A stretch of DNA of 64,000 nucleotides, taken from contig MU057887.1 of the NCBI GenBank assembly GCA_013265495.1, positions 3,559,668-3,623,667 of the forward strand. The letters are read 5' to 3'. Positions 21,657 through 35,340 of this stretch are shown here, piece after piece. The notes under the pieces were generated by a model. The model was given only the letters and a program-made list of their open reading frames with translations, made no database searches and had not been told where the DNA came from. The translations under genes and the position numbers were made by a program. Source of the stretch: Vicugna vicugna. Its lineage: Eukaryota. Position 1 is the first letter of the stretch; each line of letters begins with the position of its first letter.

Positions 21657-24600
21657 TGCCTGACTGAGTGAGGCCCTCGCTCCTCCCTCCTCCCGCTCTG
21701 CACTTGGCGCCCTTCTCCCTGCCGCGGGGAGGACTTCCGTAGTGATGGCCAGGATAACCATACCCTGAGGAAGAACACAGGCAGGCAGGCAGAGGGGCTG
21801 GACAGTTTGAGAATTGAGGTCCAATAGGACATTAAAGGTAGCGGACATTAGAGCCCAGCCATTTAGGGTCTGGGGCGACGGAGTGAAGGCCCTGAGCGGG
21901 AAGCTCAGCGCAGTGGAGAGGCTGGCCCCCCTGCTGGAGCCTGTGTCCCGTGAATCCCCCTCCCCAGCCCTCGGTGAGGCGCACACTCTGCTTGGTTTCT
22001 GCCCTCCTTCAGGTTAAGGTCTTTGAGCAGCTGTGCCCAGCTCCCTCCCGGCATAGTCTGTGTCTGGTAGAAACCACTGATTCCAGGTAGGCCGGGCTGG
22101 GGCATCCCCTGCTGGCCCACGGGGCATGCTCTGTGTGCTGGCTCCTTGATGAGTGCGGGGAGGGCCCAGCCCTTTGGCCAGGGGCCCTGCGCTCCACCTG
22201 CTGGTCCTGCTTCACTGCTCCACGGATGTCACCTGAGGGGCTGAGCTTTTATCCACAGCCACCGCCAGCTGAACCGCACCTCAGAGGCAGAGCAGTGCCG
22301 GGCGCTGTGTGCTGTTGGAGATGGCCCCGCTTACTCTGTCCCAGGCCGCATTCCACATTCTGGAAGGAAGAGGACACTTTAAAGACCCTCCTAGCAGCTT
22401 CCAGCTGCAGTAGCAGTTTCAGACGTGTCAGGGATCGGGGGAGAAGGTAGGGGCAGAGTGCTGCTGCCTGGTAAAGGGGACCCTCAAAGAGACTGAGCAG
22501 AACAACCCAAGTAGCCCTGATCTGTGACCCAGGACATTTCAGGGGTAGAGCAGGGACCAGCTGACCTTGACGGAGTCTGTTGGCCTGCTCGAGAATGTGC
22601 TGTTTCCAGGGTGGCCTGATCACTGTGCCCCCCATCTCATGGAAGTGGCTCTGGTTCTGGGTTTGTGAGGGCTAGCGCTCTGCAGGTGTCCGTCGCTGCC
22701 GAGCCCGGCCCAGGGGGCACTTTCTGTGTGGGAATGCGGTCAGTCTCACTGGAACTTCTGTCTTTGAGGCCGGTGATGCTGTTACCACCCCTGGAATATG
22801 GCAGTGCCTCTCAGATGTGGACCAGACCTGCTGATGTGGCAGAAGACTGCTGTCCAGGGTGGAGCAACCAGGCGTGCGGCCACGGCCCCCGGGGCGCACG
22901 TGGACGCTGAGCGAAGACAGAGACGCTTTGGGGCTTGGAAGGCTGCGTTACGGAGGGTTGGAGGGGTGGTCCGTGGCCTCTCCGCACTGCCCCAAGGTGG
23001 AGCGCTTGTCACGACGTTGGGTGACGGCCACCCTCTGCCAGCTGGTGCTTCTGATCGTTTTCTGAGAGGGTCACAGATGTCACTGTGCTTCACCCGAGTG
23101 TCCCTTTCTCCAGAGAGAAGGCGGGGGAGTTCTCTGTAACCAGCAGGACGGCTGTGGGCGAGATGAACAGCAATCCCTCGTAGCTCTCGGGCCACAGAGT
23201 CCCGTGTGTTCATCAGCTGTTTTCCAGACCAGAACCTGGGTGAGGTCGCTACACTGCTTGTCCCTTTAGTCTCTGCTATTCTGGAGCAAGACCTCCCCTC
23301 CCACCGCCCGGGAGAGCCTGGGCCAGTAGTCTTGCAAACGTCCTGTGTTCTGGATTGTTCGCTGCTTTGTCATTTACAGCTGGCCCTTGAACAAGGCAGC
23401 AGGTTGGGGCACCGGCCCTCCACGGACTCGGGTCGGGCAACGAGCGGCAGTTGCCCCAGTCCTAGCCGCCCTGGGGTGGGCACGGTGCCACGCCGTCCTC
23501 CTGGACTGCGCCGCCTCCCAGCACCCAAGCGTTTTCTGCCCGCGTCTCCCGTTTCCGTGACAGTCTGGGAGGGCAGGACCCACGCTGAGTTCTCTCCCTT
23601 TCTCACCGCTTGTCCGGGGAGCAACTGTAACATCCCCTCCTTGGAGCAGGCGTTTTATTTTTCCTTTTTCTTCTTTGAATGTCAGTGTAGATTTTACTCA
23701 TTCATTACATCGTAAGCTGCTCGAGTCTTGTGGTTTGTTTTCGGTGTCCAGATGGTCACGCCTGACCGGCGGGCACGCGGAGCCATGGCAGCACCGGCCA
23801 GGGGCACTCCTTCTGGCACCTTCCCAGCCTTTCCTGGCCCCGCGCCCGCACGTCCCAGGGTGCTCTGCCCTCTTTCAGCGCAGAAGGGTGGTGGAGGCCG
23901 CAGTTGTGCTCGTCCGCGGGACGGAGCTGGGACGCACACCGTGTTCGCAGTACAGACTTAAAAATCTGCAGTCTCACTTAATTTCTTTGATTTTTATAAT
24001 TTGTATCATTTTCTTACCTGAAAATTTTGATTCTTCGTGCCGTTGGGTTGTTTCATGCCTAACTACACGTAAAGTAGGTAAGGTTGCAGTGTCGTGTTAC
24101 TGCTGCTGGCAAGATCACTTCGCGGAGTTTAAAGTGGTTGTTTGTCATTAGGTTCTGTTTGTCTTCGGTAAGTATTCTGCTTAGGATGAATAGTTAGGAT
24201 GAATAAAGTCCTGTGCTTTAAAGCCCCTTGGCAAACTCTTTTGTCTGCAGTTACTTCCCCATTTGATAAACAATTAGGTTTATCTGTTTCTGATTTGGAA
24301 TTTTTAAAATCTTAATGTACAAGAGTCACGTGCCTCAAAGTCAAAATGATATAAAAGGTACAGCCAGCGCTCTGCCGCCGTCTCGCTCTCCTGCGAAGCC
24401 CGGCGCCCACGCAGGCCTGCAGCCCCTTGTGCTCGCCCGTCTTTCCTGGGCTGTAGCCAGCGCTGGGCCCGCTGCGCCTGTGTACCTGGCTCTTTTCTTC
24501 GGCGGCTTGTGGACGTGGCAGTCCTGGGCGGGTGTCGGGGCGGGGTTCGGCCCGGCTGTGGGTGCACGTGACTTTGGAAGGTGTTCCCCAGCTCCCCGGC

Positions 24601-26849
24601 CTTTGGTCTCTGCCAGGCTGATCCAGCGAGACCTGCTGTCTTGACGTACGTAGCTTCTTGACATGCTTCAACCTGACTGTGAAAAGTGAGTCTGTCTGGT
24701 GCCTGGCGTGGAGGTGCTCAGCGAGGGCCGATCTCCCTCATCTCTTGGGGTCCACAGAGTGGGACCACGCCGCAGGGGGCACCAGGCACATGGCTGGCAG
24801 GATGTCGTGCTCTGCTTCTCACTCCGCATCACAGTAGTTTGGAAGGTGTTTCTTTAATTCTTTACATAAAAAATAACAAGTTAGAATACGTCTAAAATTG
24901 AGAGTATCCCATGCGCTTTGTTTTTTCTAGCCCGCGGAAAGGGTCCTCTGACTAGCTGTCTTCACGCTTAGATGTTTTTGTCTTTGAAACTGAAAAACGT
25001 AAACTGAGTTCCAGAAGCTTTAGCTTTGGATCTCTCCTTACTGCCTCTCCTCCTCCTCCCCCTCAGTCTCAAGTCCTAGTTCAGGGTGGCTGCGCACTCT
25101 GAGGGTAGCCGTGTTTTCTTAGCGGCTGTGGTGCTGGTTTTCAGATGGGCCTCCAGGTGTCCAGAGATGGGTGGGGCTGAGGGAGGTGGGCACCCTTCTG
25201 CCCCTGGCGGACCAGGTCCTACGCGCAGCGTGGACACGGGGAGACTGAACAGGTTTGTCCTCGAGGGTTCTGGTCCACTTATGGTCACTGATCGCCCTAT
25301 TTTATATCCACACTGATTGATTTTACCTTTTGACTGGTTTTTATTTGCTGGAGTATCAGAACCGTGGAGTAACTGCTTCTGGGTGCTCGGTCAGTACATA
25401 ACCCTCATCTTTCAAGGCCAGAGGGTCATCTCCGGAGTGTTGGGGTAGGTGGCCAAAACCAAACGGTTATTCACACACACATAGTTACCAGAAGTGCCAC
25501 AGGAATGTAATCCTTTGCTGGTTTGAAGACGAAAGCTGAAATGCCTTTTGCTTTCATTTCTTAATTGGTGTTAAAATAGTAGAAAAATTATTTTCCCTAC
25601 TAGCAGGCTGCTAGTGCGAATGGCAGCATTTTTTCCTGAAGTAGAAACGTGGTTGTTACCTATGATTCTGAAGTAGTGTGTGCAAAAACAGTCAAGCAGC
25701 AGAGACACCGACGTTTACGACTCGGCGAGTCGTCACAGGCGGGCGCGTCCGCGACCGTTCCTGGGTCGAGAGGTCAAGCTTGCTGTCACTGGCACCCGCC
25801 CACGTGTCCTGTCCCAGTCACACCTCTTACTCTGAGCGCAGGTACTTCCTTTCCTTCATGGTTTGTGGCTGATACTTAAGTTCTGCCTGTGTCTTGTGTG
25901 ACACCCCGGCCTTCCCTGCGGGCGTCACCCACCTCCGTGCAGAGGAAGCCGCGCCGCTGGCCGGTGGCCCCGGGCTCGGTCTGGAGTCTGTGGATCGGGG
26001 CCTGCCCAGGTGGTTTGACGTGTCTCGCTGTCTTGGTTTCCTGTCAGTCGGTGGTGGGATCCAAGGCCTGATCCGGCCTGGGTGTGGCCTCTGGTAAGAC
26101 TCCTTCCCGGGGAGCTGTGTCCCCCGACCCAGGCGCCTGGTGCAGGTCCCGCTGACGCAGGTAGCTGTGGGTGTGTGGGCTCGGTGTCGGCTCGGAGAGT
26201 GCGGTGGGACACGGGCGTCCCGGTCAGTCACCGCTGTGAGCCCGGGGGCCCTGTCCTCACCCGCTCCCAGCTGCCCGGCACCGCCGCATGCGGGGGAAGC
26301 TGAAGACACGTGCTCGGTTCTGGCTCCTTATTTACCAGTTTCCAAAATAGCCAGCCATTTTCCTGTCATCCCCCAAAGCTGACCAGTTGAAGGTTTTATT
26401 TTGGTGTCAAGGACTCACAGAGGTAACGTACTGGATGAGTTTTAACGTATCACCATCACGACCTTTTCTTAGTTCAGATCGCCTCACTTTGGGGCGGTGG
26501 GAGCCCCCAGTCAGCACCTCGGTCCTTATGCCTCTTCCACCCACTTTTAAAGGTGCCCGTGATAACAGCGGGCCCACTTGCCCTTCCCCTGGGCCGGCAA
26601 CCTCAGTTCCCTCTCATCCTTGCTGACGGCTGTCCTTTGCTGCGTCGCCCACACAGTCACACGTCGGAGGGTTGGCGCATGGGCTTCTTCATTATCACCC
26701 TGCGAATATGGGACCCATTGTTCTGTCTGCCACGTTCTCTTATCTGAGACTAGCGTCTCTGACATTCAAGGAGGAGAGAAGACTGAGGCGGACTTCTCCC
26801 GATTCCATCACGCCCCCTCTGCTGTGGTCTTTATCCGCTATTGAAGACG

Positions 26850-28450
26850 TGGCAGCTTCCATTTTTACGTTTTTCACTATGTCTCTAGGAATGTTGGTTT
26901 GTAGTTTTCTTGTTCTGTCCCTGGCTTTGGCACCAGGGTGACACTGGCCTCTTAGAATAAACTGGAAAGCACTCCTGTCCTCTTTCAGAGTCTGTGGAGA
27001 ACTGGTATCATCTCAGCGGATGTTTGGTAAAGTTCACCAGTGAAGCCATCTGGGGCCTGGGGCTGTGTTTTTCTTCATGAGAAGGTTTTAAGTTACTAGT
27101 TCAAAGTCTTTACTTGTTGCAGGTTTATTCTGATTTTTATTACTTCTTGAATCACTTTGGTGATTTTTGTTACTTTCTGGGAATTCTTCCGTGTCACCTA
27201 CGCTGCTGACTTTGCTGGGGAAAACCGTTCATGGTGCTCTCAGCTGCATTTCGTTCCCGAGGCATCGGCGACAGTGCTCCCGCGTCTTGCAGTCCATGTC
27301 TCTTTCCCCTGCTGACCCAGCTAAGGATCGGTCCGTTTTGTCCCTGTTTTCAAAGAACCAACTTTGAGTTTCAGTAAAGGTGTGCCTCGCTTCTGTGTTT
27401 TCTGTATGTTAATAGCCACTGATTTTTGCCGCTTGCTTTTCTCTGCCTTGGCTTGGCGTTCTTTCCCTAGGTTTTGCTTCTGTCTTTGTTTTTCGCCTGA
27501 AGGTGAATGCCTGGGTGGCTGTGAGACCTCTCTCCCCTAGTGCAGGTGCTTAAAGCCGCAGACCCCTCCCTCGGCGCCGTGTGCGCTGTGGCTCGTGTGC
27601 CGCGGTGTGTTGTGTCTCTGTCTCCATCCCGATGCAGATAGTTTCTGACTTCCCTTGTGCTTCCTGTTTGGCCCGTGGTTATTTAGAAACGTTATTATTT
27701 TAAGACATTTACTGATTTCTCTTCTGTTTCATATTAACTCCATTCTGGCCGAAGGGTGTATCTGTACAGTTTCAGTTCTTCGATGGTTGACAACGCTGGT
27801 TCTGTGGTCTGTACCAAAGTGGCGCCATGCGCAGCCTCGAGCCTGAGAGCCGGCCGCCGCTGGGGCGCGGTGCGGACGCCTGTCAGTCCGCGCGGCTCAG
27901 AGAGCCGTCAGCCTCCCTTGTCCTTGCCCCTGCTGACCTCCTGTCTCCTGTCTAGCTGACCTGCTTTCGGGTTTGCTGGTCCTTCCTTCTGCCGGCTGCC
28001 CAGCCCCTCCGGGGAATTCCTCGTTGCAGTTTTGCATTTCAGCTTCGCAGTGTCTAATTCCATAGACGGTTCTCTTCCGTGACTTTTCTCTCTGTGGTGT
28101 CCTACGTGGTGAGACTCTGTCCTGCTTACCTGCAGTTTCTTCTTCCTGCGCGGTTTCCTTCAGTTCTTCCCGCGTATTCACAGAGGCTGGTGCGAAGTCC
28201 TTGTCCAGTAAGTCCAACCCCTGGGCGCCCTCAGGGACAGCCGTTGCTTCTCCCCTGCGGGTGGGCTCTGCTTTCCTGCTTTGCTACCTGTCTCGTCATC
28301 TTTCTGTTTTTTGGTGAATTTCCCTCTCTCTCTTGTTATTGTCAGGCTTTTGTTTTGTTTTGTTTTTGCCTGCTTTGTTAGTGGCTTTCCTGGATGAATT
28401 CTGGAAAGTCTCTTTTTCCTCGTAGCGTCTGGCCACTTAGGGCTCTGCTT
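26850..28450 (-). mobile_element. Decayed antisense L1 in the ZBED4 intron
   Basis: T-rich + strand with TTTGGTAAAGTTCACCAGTGAAGCCATCTGGGGCCTGG (reverse of PGPDGFTGEF) and TTTTCAAAGAACCAACTTT. Confidence 0.7.
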
Positions 28451-30689
28451 GGCTAGCTTAGTGTCAGCGACTTCTTTCAATGCTGAGAGCAGATGCCTCT
28501 GCCTTCTCGGCGGGGGGCGGGGCGGGGGCGGGGCCAGGCCTTCACCAAGGCCAGCCGGAGGGAGGGGCCCTCAGGTCCTCCCGGGCTCCTCCCGCACACG
28601 CATGTCTGTTGCCCTGGGGACCTGTCAGCTTTTGCAAGCTCCCCATCGACAGCGCGTTCCCCAGGTCTTCTCAGCCTTCGGCCAGGCCCTTACTGACCCA
28701 CTGGTGAGGCAGCTGTGATGTTGCCAAAGCGCAGCCGTTTGTTTTCAACAGGAGCCCCGGGACGGGGCTGTTCCCGCAGTGCAGGCCCAGCTCAGGCCAG
28801 CCGTGCCTGGGAGCGGGCTTTCCCGGGGATCTGAGCAGCGGCTTGCTCTCTGGGGCCTCCCCTCCCCTCTCTGCCCTTCCTCACCTGTTTCTTTTGTCCC
28901 TGAGCTCCTTAGTTCAGAGTCCTCTTCCCAGCAGTTTCTCTCTAATGTGGGTCTTTGCCCTGGAGGGAAACTCGGGCTGGGTGGCTCTGCTCCAGCCTCG
29001 CTGGCCGCCACCTTGGAACCCTGGCGTGTCTGCTTTGGTGCTGGGCAGAGAGCGCCTCGGGTTTCAGCAGCGCCCAGGGAGCACCTGGCGGCCACTTCGG
29101 GACTATCAGTGTTTCACGTGCCCGGGGCTGCCCTCTTTCTCCGCCTGTACAGCTCTGATACCACCTGGGCCTTGTGTATTTTCTTGGTTTGTCCTTATAT
29201 TTTTGGCTTATATTTTGGAGTCAAGGAAACACCTTGTCCATCTTGTCTTGTTGGTATTGTCCATGAGACTGGTTTTGCTCATCTAGTTCTGTGCCGTATT
29301 ACCAACCAAAACGATGAACCTGGCTGTAGTTCAAATGAATAAAACAGCTGCGCTTCAGAGGGAAAACTGACCCGAGGAACTCTTGCTTATATACCCTCAG
29401 ACCCAAAGACAAAAGCTTGTAAGCGTGTATCTCTTGTTCTCCTTGGTGGTCTCGGCTAGCGCTCCGAGTCTGCTTTCTGAATATTGTAGGACTGAGCCAT
29501 GAGTCAATCTTTTAAGGCCAGTGGGAACCAAATCTCACTGTTGGGGAAGGAAGTTACAGATTTGGGAAAAGGGAGGCTAGGATAGTGCAGTGATGTTGGA
29601 GTGAAATTGGAGGTATCGGCGTGAACTCAGGGTTTTTATCCACATACGCGTGTAGGGGGGAGCGTGTATCTGTGGTTCTTAGTTGATTCCACTGATGCGA
29701 CGTGGAAGCAGAGGCCCTCTGGTAGCGCTGGGCACACCGGGCCCCCGCCTGTCGCCACACCGGCGGCTCCTGTGTCCGACGCTCTGGTTGTTCCTAGTGC
29801 ATCGCTGAACTTCCCCTTGGGACTGTCCCCGCCTGACGAGCGTGCGTGCGTTTCCTCCAGTTCAGGTCACCTGGCCACACGTCGTGTGTGATTTGTCCAG
29901 CAGTATTTTTTATTTCATATTAATTCCTGCAGGAATATTTTTGCTGAGTACTGAATTCTGGTTCGGCTTTTTTTTCCCGTAACCTTGAAGATAGTGTTTC
30001 TTTGTCTCCCAGTTTACATTGCTCCTCTTGAAAAATCAGCGATCTATCCTGTTGTTTTATTCTGAAGGTGCTTCTCACGGAAGCGTTGTAACGTGTCAGG
30101 GAGACGCGCAGGGTGGGCCCGCGCACGCCCCCCACAGGTGCCGCCTCGTGGCTCTTCTTCCGTCTGTGTCCCCCACGCGGTTATTTTAACGCAAACGCCG
30201 GGTGTATCTGGAGATACTGCAGTTAAGTGTCATGAAAAGATGGGGTTCTTTTAAGTTTCACCCAAAATACTTCTACACTTTAATCAACTAAGAATGATTA
30301 CTTACTATCAAATGTTAATTCAGTATCGAAATTTCCCACGCTGTCCAAAAAAACTGTTACGCAGTTTGCTGATTTGAATCAGGATTCAGGTGTAATTCGT
30401 TTGTTAGAGGAACCGGGCGGTTTGTCCTGCAGGATTCCCCAGTCTGGTTTGCTGATCCCATCCCACTGGTGTTTTAAGTATGTCCCTCCACCCCTTGTGA
30501 TTTTTGTTGGTCTGCTTTCTCTCTTGTTTTCGGCAGCTTTTTTGTTTTTCTTTTTATCTTGCTTGAGGTCTGTAGGGTTCTTTTCCCTTTTTTCGGTGTA
30601 GTTCCTTTGTAACGTTGTGTCGGTTGCAGGTGTCCAGCAGGGTGGTTCAGCCTCACACACACTCGGGCTTCTTTCTGTTACAGATGGCC

Positions 30690-30950
30690 ACAGGACACTG
30701 AACTCGTGCTGTCCAGCAGGACTTGCTGTGTGTCGTTTTATGTGTAGTAGTTTGTATCTGCTACCCCAAGCTCCTGACTGCTGCCCCCCGCCCGCCCCCC
30801 CGTAACCATAAGTTTGTTTTCTGTCTGTGAGTGGATTCTGGTTTGTGAGTAAGGTAATCTGTATCTTTTTTTAGAGTCCGCATGTAAGTGACATCATACG
30901 GTATTTGCCTCTGTGTGACTGGCTTCGCTTAGTGTGATCATCTCCAGGTC
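30690..30950 (-). mobile_element. Antisense L1 3' end fragment
   Basis: GTAACCATAAGTTTGTTTTCTGTCTGTGAGT ... TTTTAGAGTCCGCATGTAAGTGACATCATACGGTATTTG; homologous to the reverse of 56200-56310. Confidence 0.75.
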
Positions 30951-32680
30951 TGCTTGGCTGGGAGCTTTGGTCATGAATGGGAACAGAAGTGTTGTCAAAT
31001 GTTTGTCTGCATCTAATGACAGGACCATATGGTTTTCCTACTTTTCTGTTAATAGAGTGAACCGTATTGTTTGATTTTTTAATGTTAAACCAAGCATTTA
31101 TCCTCGTAGTCAACCCCACTTCCTCATGGCGTGTTGTCTTTAATACAGTGCTGAGCGTGATTTGTTAGGTTTTTAGGAACCTGCTACGTTTTGTTAAGGT
31201 TTTCCTGTGATCGTAGGGGTACGAGTCTGCTTCTTTCCTGATACTGCGTCTGCCGATTTGGGTGTCAGGATAACGCCACTTCGCGAATAGCAAGAGTGGG
31301 GAAGTCGTTCTTCCCTTATTTTCTGGAAGAGTTTCTGCTTCACCAGTACTTCTGTTTCTTTAATGTTTGGTGGAATTCACCAGCAAAGCCTGGAAGTTTT
31401 TACAGGACGGTTTCAACTACAAGTTCAGTTTTTACAGTAGATGTCAGGCTGTTTAGGTTGTCACTTCTTCAGTGAGTTTCTGTAATGTGTGTCTCTCCAG
31501 GAATTTATCCTTTTCCGCTAAGCTGCTGAATTTGCTGTTACAAAGTTGCTCATATGCTTCCTTGTTACCTTTTTGTTTGCGCTGTGAGGTCTGTACTGAT
31601 GATCCCCCCTTTGATTCCTGGTGTGGTGATTTTTGTCTTCTCTCTGCAGATGTTTGTCGATTTTCCTGATCTTTGCAAAGAACCGGTGTTTGGTTTCATG
31701 GGCCCCCTCCCCTTTTCTGCCTGCCACTTTCATTGGTTTCAGGCCTTTTCGCTGCTGTTTTCTTCCCCTCGTTTACTTCGGGATTAAACTTGCTTTGCTT
31801 TTCCCCTTGTTGGTTGCCACTTTTCTCCTTGGCTTACTGCACAAGTGTTACTAACCTGAAGGTATTTGGGGTTTTTCCAGGCACCATTCTCTGGTTGATG
31901 TCTCATCCAGTCCCTTGTTGTCAGAGACATTCCTCGTTTGATTTTAGCTCTTTTAAATGTACTGAGGTTTACCTTATTGTCCAGAGAACAGTCTTTTCTC
32001 TTATTGACGTGTAGTTGAGTTACGTGTCGTGCTGGGGTCTGGTGTGCAGCACAGTGATTCAGCGCACGTACGTACGCACGTTCTTTCATGTTCCTTTCTG
32101 TTGTGGTTCACTGCAGGACACTGGATACGGTTCCCTGTGCTGTGTGGTCGGACCTGTTGTTCGTCTGTTGCACGTGCGGTGGTGTGCCCCTGCTAGTCCC
32201 AGACTCCCCATTTGTGCCTCAGCCCCGTTACCCTTTGGCAACCGTAAGTCTGTTTTCTGGAGAGCAGTCCATCTGGATGAATGTTTGTGTCCACTTGTAA
32301 GTAACACGTGTCCTGCTGTTGTTTGGGCCGCTCCATGAGTGTCAGGTCAGGGTTAGTAACGGTGCTGAGCGTTCCTCTCGCGTTCACTGATTTCTGTCCA
32401 CCGTTAGCTCGGGGGCAGGTGGGTGGAGCTCCACCTGCACTTGCGGACCCGCCGAGTCTCCCTGGAGGTCTGTCGGGTTTGCTTCGTAGCTTTGGGAGGT
32501 CTGGTAGGTGGGTGCACACCTGGTGAACTGGCCCCTTGGTCACTTTGTGGGTGCCTCTGGTCAGTGTCGGCCACGCCTCTCCATCCCTTCGCTGTGAACC
32601 TCTTTTTGCGTGTTTGTGTTTAAAGTGGTTTTTGCAGGCAGCACGTAGACGGTCTTACTTTTACAAGCAGTGCGGCAATC
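30950..32680 (-). mobile_element. Decayed antisense L1 ORF2 with a nested L1 3' end (32000-32260)
   Basis: GTTGTCAAATGTTTGTCTGCATCTAATGAC, TTTGGTGGAATTCACCAGCAAAGCC; nested GGTGTGCAGCACAGTGATTCAG...GGCAACCGTAAGTCTGTTTTCT. Confidence 0.7.
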
Positions 32681-32694
32681 CCTGCATTGCGGAG

Positions 32695-33385
32695 AAAACG
32701 ACTTCTTTTGGGTGGACGCCCTCCTGCTTCCCCTCGTGGCAGCCTCCTCACAGGGTGCTGCTTTCCCCGTGGCACCGGCCCGTGCCCCCCCCGCACCAGC
32801 ACCAGCTGGGCCTCCATCAGTGCGACTCAGCCGTGGAGCCGGGTTCAGCCCCCCTGCAGACACCAAACCCAGCTGCCACCCGTGTGTGTGACCAACCGGC
32901 TGCACATCGGGGCTCCCACAGCTCCGGGGCCATGTGCCTACATGTCCTGTTGTCATCTACAGAGGACATGAGAAAGGACACAGCTGAACAGCCAGGAGAG
33001 GACACACAGGGCGGGGGCTGGGGGGAGCCCGGAGTGTGGGAGCTCCTGCCCCCTGGAGTCGGGGCGACCACCCTCCCGGCTCCAGGTTGTGTCTCCTGAC
33101 CTAGAAGTTCCCTAAGCCCTGTGCCCTGGGGTTCACCACGAGGATGCCATCCCTCAGTCACTCGGTCTCTGGCCTTTCCTGGAGGATGCGGGGGTGGGCA
33201 GCTGAAAGTTCCGCTTCTGAGCATGGTTCAGTCTTTCTGGTGGTGAGCCCCGGTCCCGGAGCCACACAGGGCTCACCTCACAGAGGACATTGTGTCACTC
33301 AGGAGATTACAAGGGTTTTAGGAGCCCTGTGTCGGTGCTGTGGGCAGAGACCAGCACACGTGTGTATATTTCATACTATTTCATG
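32695..33385 (-). mobile_element. MER21-like LTR
   Basis: AAAGGACACAGCTGAACAGCCAGGAGAGG, GCATGGTTCAGTCTTTCTGGTG, TCACTCAGGAGATTACAAGGGTTTTAGGAGCCCTGTG resemble reverse-strand MER21. Confidence 0.65.
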
Positions 33386-34394
33386 TCGGGTGTAAATGAC
33401 GTACAATTAATTGCACTTATTTAAAGTGTACAGTTTGCTAAGCATAGACATACACACGTTTACGTCATGTTTATGTACATAAACAGCTGCTGTCTTTACA
33501 TGAGCATAGGCTACACACACACACAGTCAGCAAAGTTACAAAGGCAGCCCTTGCTGAGAAGGATGGTCTTACCTGTGAACGTACAAGCTGGCAGACAACT
33601 TCATTGAAATTGAAAAGCACTTGCTTTCAGAAAACACTGCTAAGAGAATGAAAAGACGAGCCCCGGGCGGGCGTGTGCCGGGTGCAGGGCTGCCTTCCAC
33701 AGGGCACAGAGCCCCCCGGACCCAGCAGTGAGGCCACGCACACTCGGGCAGAAGCGTGGGCACCCTGTGGCCAGGGGAGGGACACGGCTGGCACAGGGCA
33801 CCCGGGCGCCCAGCGTGTCCGCGTCCAGGAGGCGGCACAGGACGGCGCCGCGCCCCGAAGATCCCAGTGGCGGCCTCCCTGGTCTTGCTGCTTTCTTCTC
33901 GCCATCTTGTTCCGACACTTGGATGCTTTGTCTCTTTCATTTCCACTTCTGTCTTCTGAGCTGTATACCTCTTCGCTTTATTTATTTGGGATTTTCTTCA
34001 TGGTCCTGTGCTCTTTAGTGCATCTTTAACTGACAGCCTCCTCCAGGGATTTACACCCTGTCATTTATGCTGTAAGAAATTCCTTTTTTTCTTCTCAAAA
34101 GCACTTTTGAGCTTTTTTCTTGTACACTTTACTTCCAGATGTGGTGCCTGTGTTATAAACTTCCCAATGAATAATTTTTACTGTAAGTAGTCAGTTATCT
34201 TTTGAAGAGATTGGTAAAAATGAGAAAAGTGCATCTTTTGTATGTTTGGCTGCATATTTAACATTCCCGTGTTCTTTATTGTGAATCTAAATTTCTGTTC
34301 AGAATCACTCCTTTTGTCTGAAGAAATGAGTGCAGTGTTTCTTGCGGTTGAGCTGTGCTGATGCTCAGTCATCTCAGCTGTCTGAAAGTGTTTT

Positions 34395-35340
34395 TTCACT
34401 TTAATTATTTTATTATGGCAAAATATACACGGCATAAAATTTGCCATTTTAATCATTGTTAAGCGTACACACCTGTGACGGTAAGTGCATTCACAAATAT
34501 TGTGTAACTGTCACCACAGCTTCCAAACCCTTCCGTTACCCCAGAAGGACCATCCACGTGTTAAGCGTTACTTCCCTTCCTTGCCTACCCCAGCCCCTGG
34601 TAACCCCTTAATCTGTTTTCGTTCTCTATGAATTTGCCTATTCTAGGGACCTCAGAAGTATTTGTCCTTGTGTGAGCGGCTTCTTTCACGGAGCATAATG
34701 TCTTCAGGGTTCATCCGTGAAGCCTGTGTCAGGATTTCCTCCCTCCTTCAGGCTGATGATCTTCCATGTGTGCACAGACCACGTGTCGTCGCCCGTTCCT
34801 CTGTTGATGGACACGTGGGTCATTTCCGCCCTTTGACTGTTGCAGATGCTGCTGCTGTGAGCATTGGTGTTTTCAGTTCTTTTGGAGTCATACCTAGGAG
34901 TGAAATTGCTGCGTCATACGATGATTCGTTTACCTTGTTGAGAAACCAGTTGACCCAGTTACAGTGTGCCAGTGTCTGCTGTCCAGCACAATGTCCCAGT
35001 CACGCATGTACATATGTACGTTCAATTCCATGTGAGAAACCACTTAACTTCCCCACCGCGGCCGCACCGCTTCTAACTCCCTTCAGCAGTGCACAGAGGC
35101 TCCAGCGTCTCCACGTCCTGGTCGGCACTTGTTCTCTCTCCCTTTCAGTGACAGCAGTCCTGGTGGGTGCGCGCGGCGTCTCAGCGCAGCCTGGACGTGC
35201 ACCTGTGCGGCGACGTGTGCCCATCTGCGGGCCCTCCTGGGGGAGGGGTCTGTCAGGGCCCGTCCCCATCCCACCGGCGGCTCTGTGGCTGAGCTGGCGG
35301 TGTCCTTGTGTGTGCTGGGCGGTGACCCCGAGTCCGATCT
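34395..35340 (-). mobile_element. Antisense L1M 3' end
   Basis: ATAAAATTTGCCATTTTAATCATTGTTAAG, TCTATGAATTTGCCTATTCTAGG, CTGTTGATGGACACGTGGGTCATTTCC, ATACCTAGGAGTGAAATTGCTG. Confidence 0.75.

Noticed and set aside
23376..23440. Tigger2/MER8-like terminal sequence (TACAGCTGGCCCTTGAACAA)
   Set aside because: Only one short end recognisable; too little to delimit an element.
24181..24205. TTAGGATGAATA direct duplication
   Set aside because: Simple local micro-duplication with no insert and no other support.
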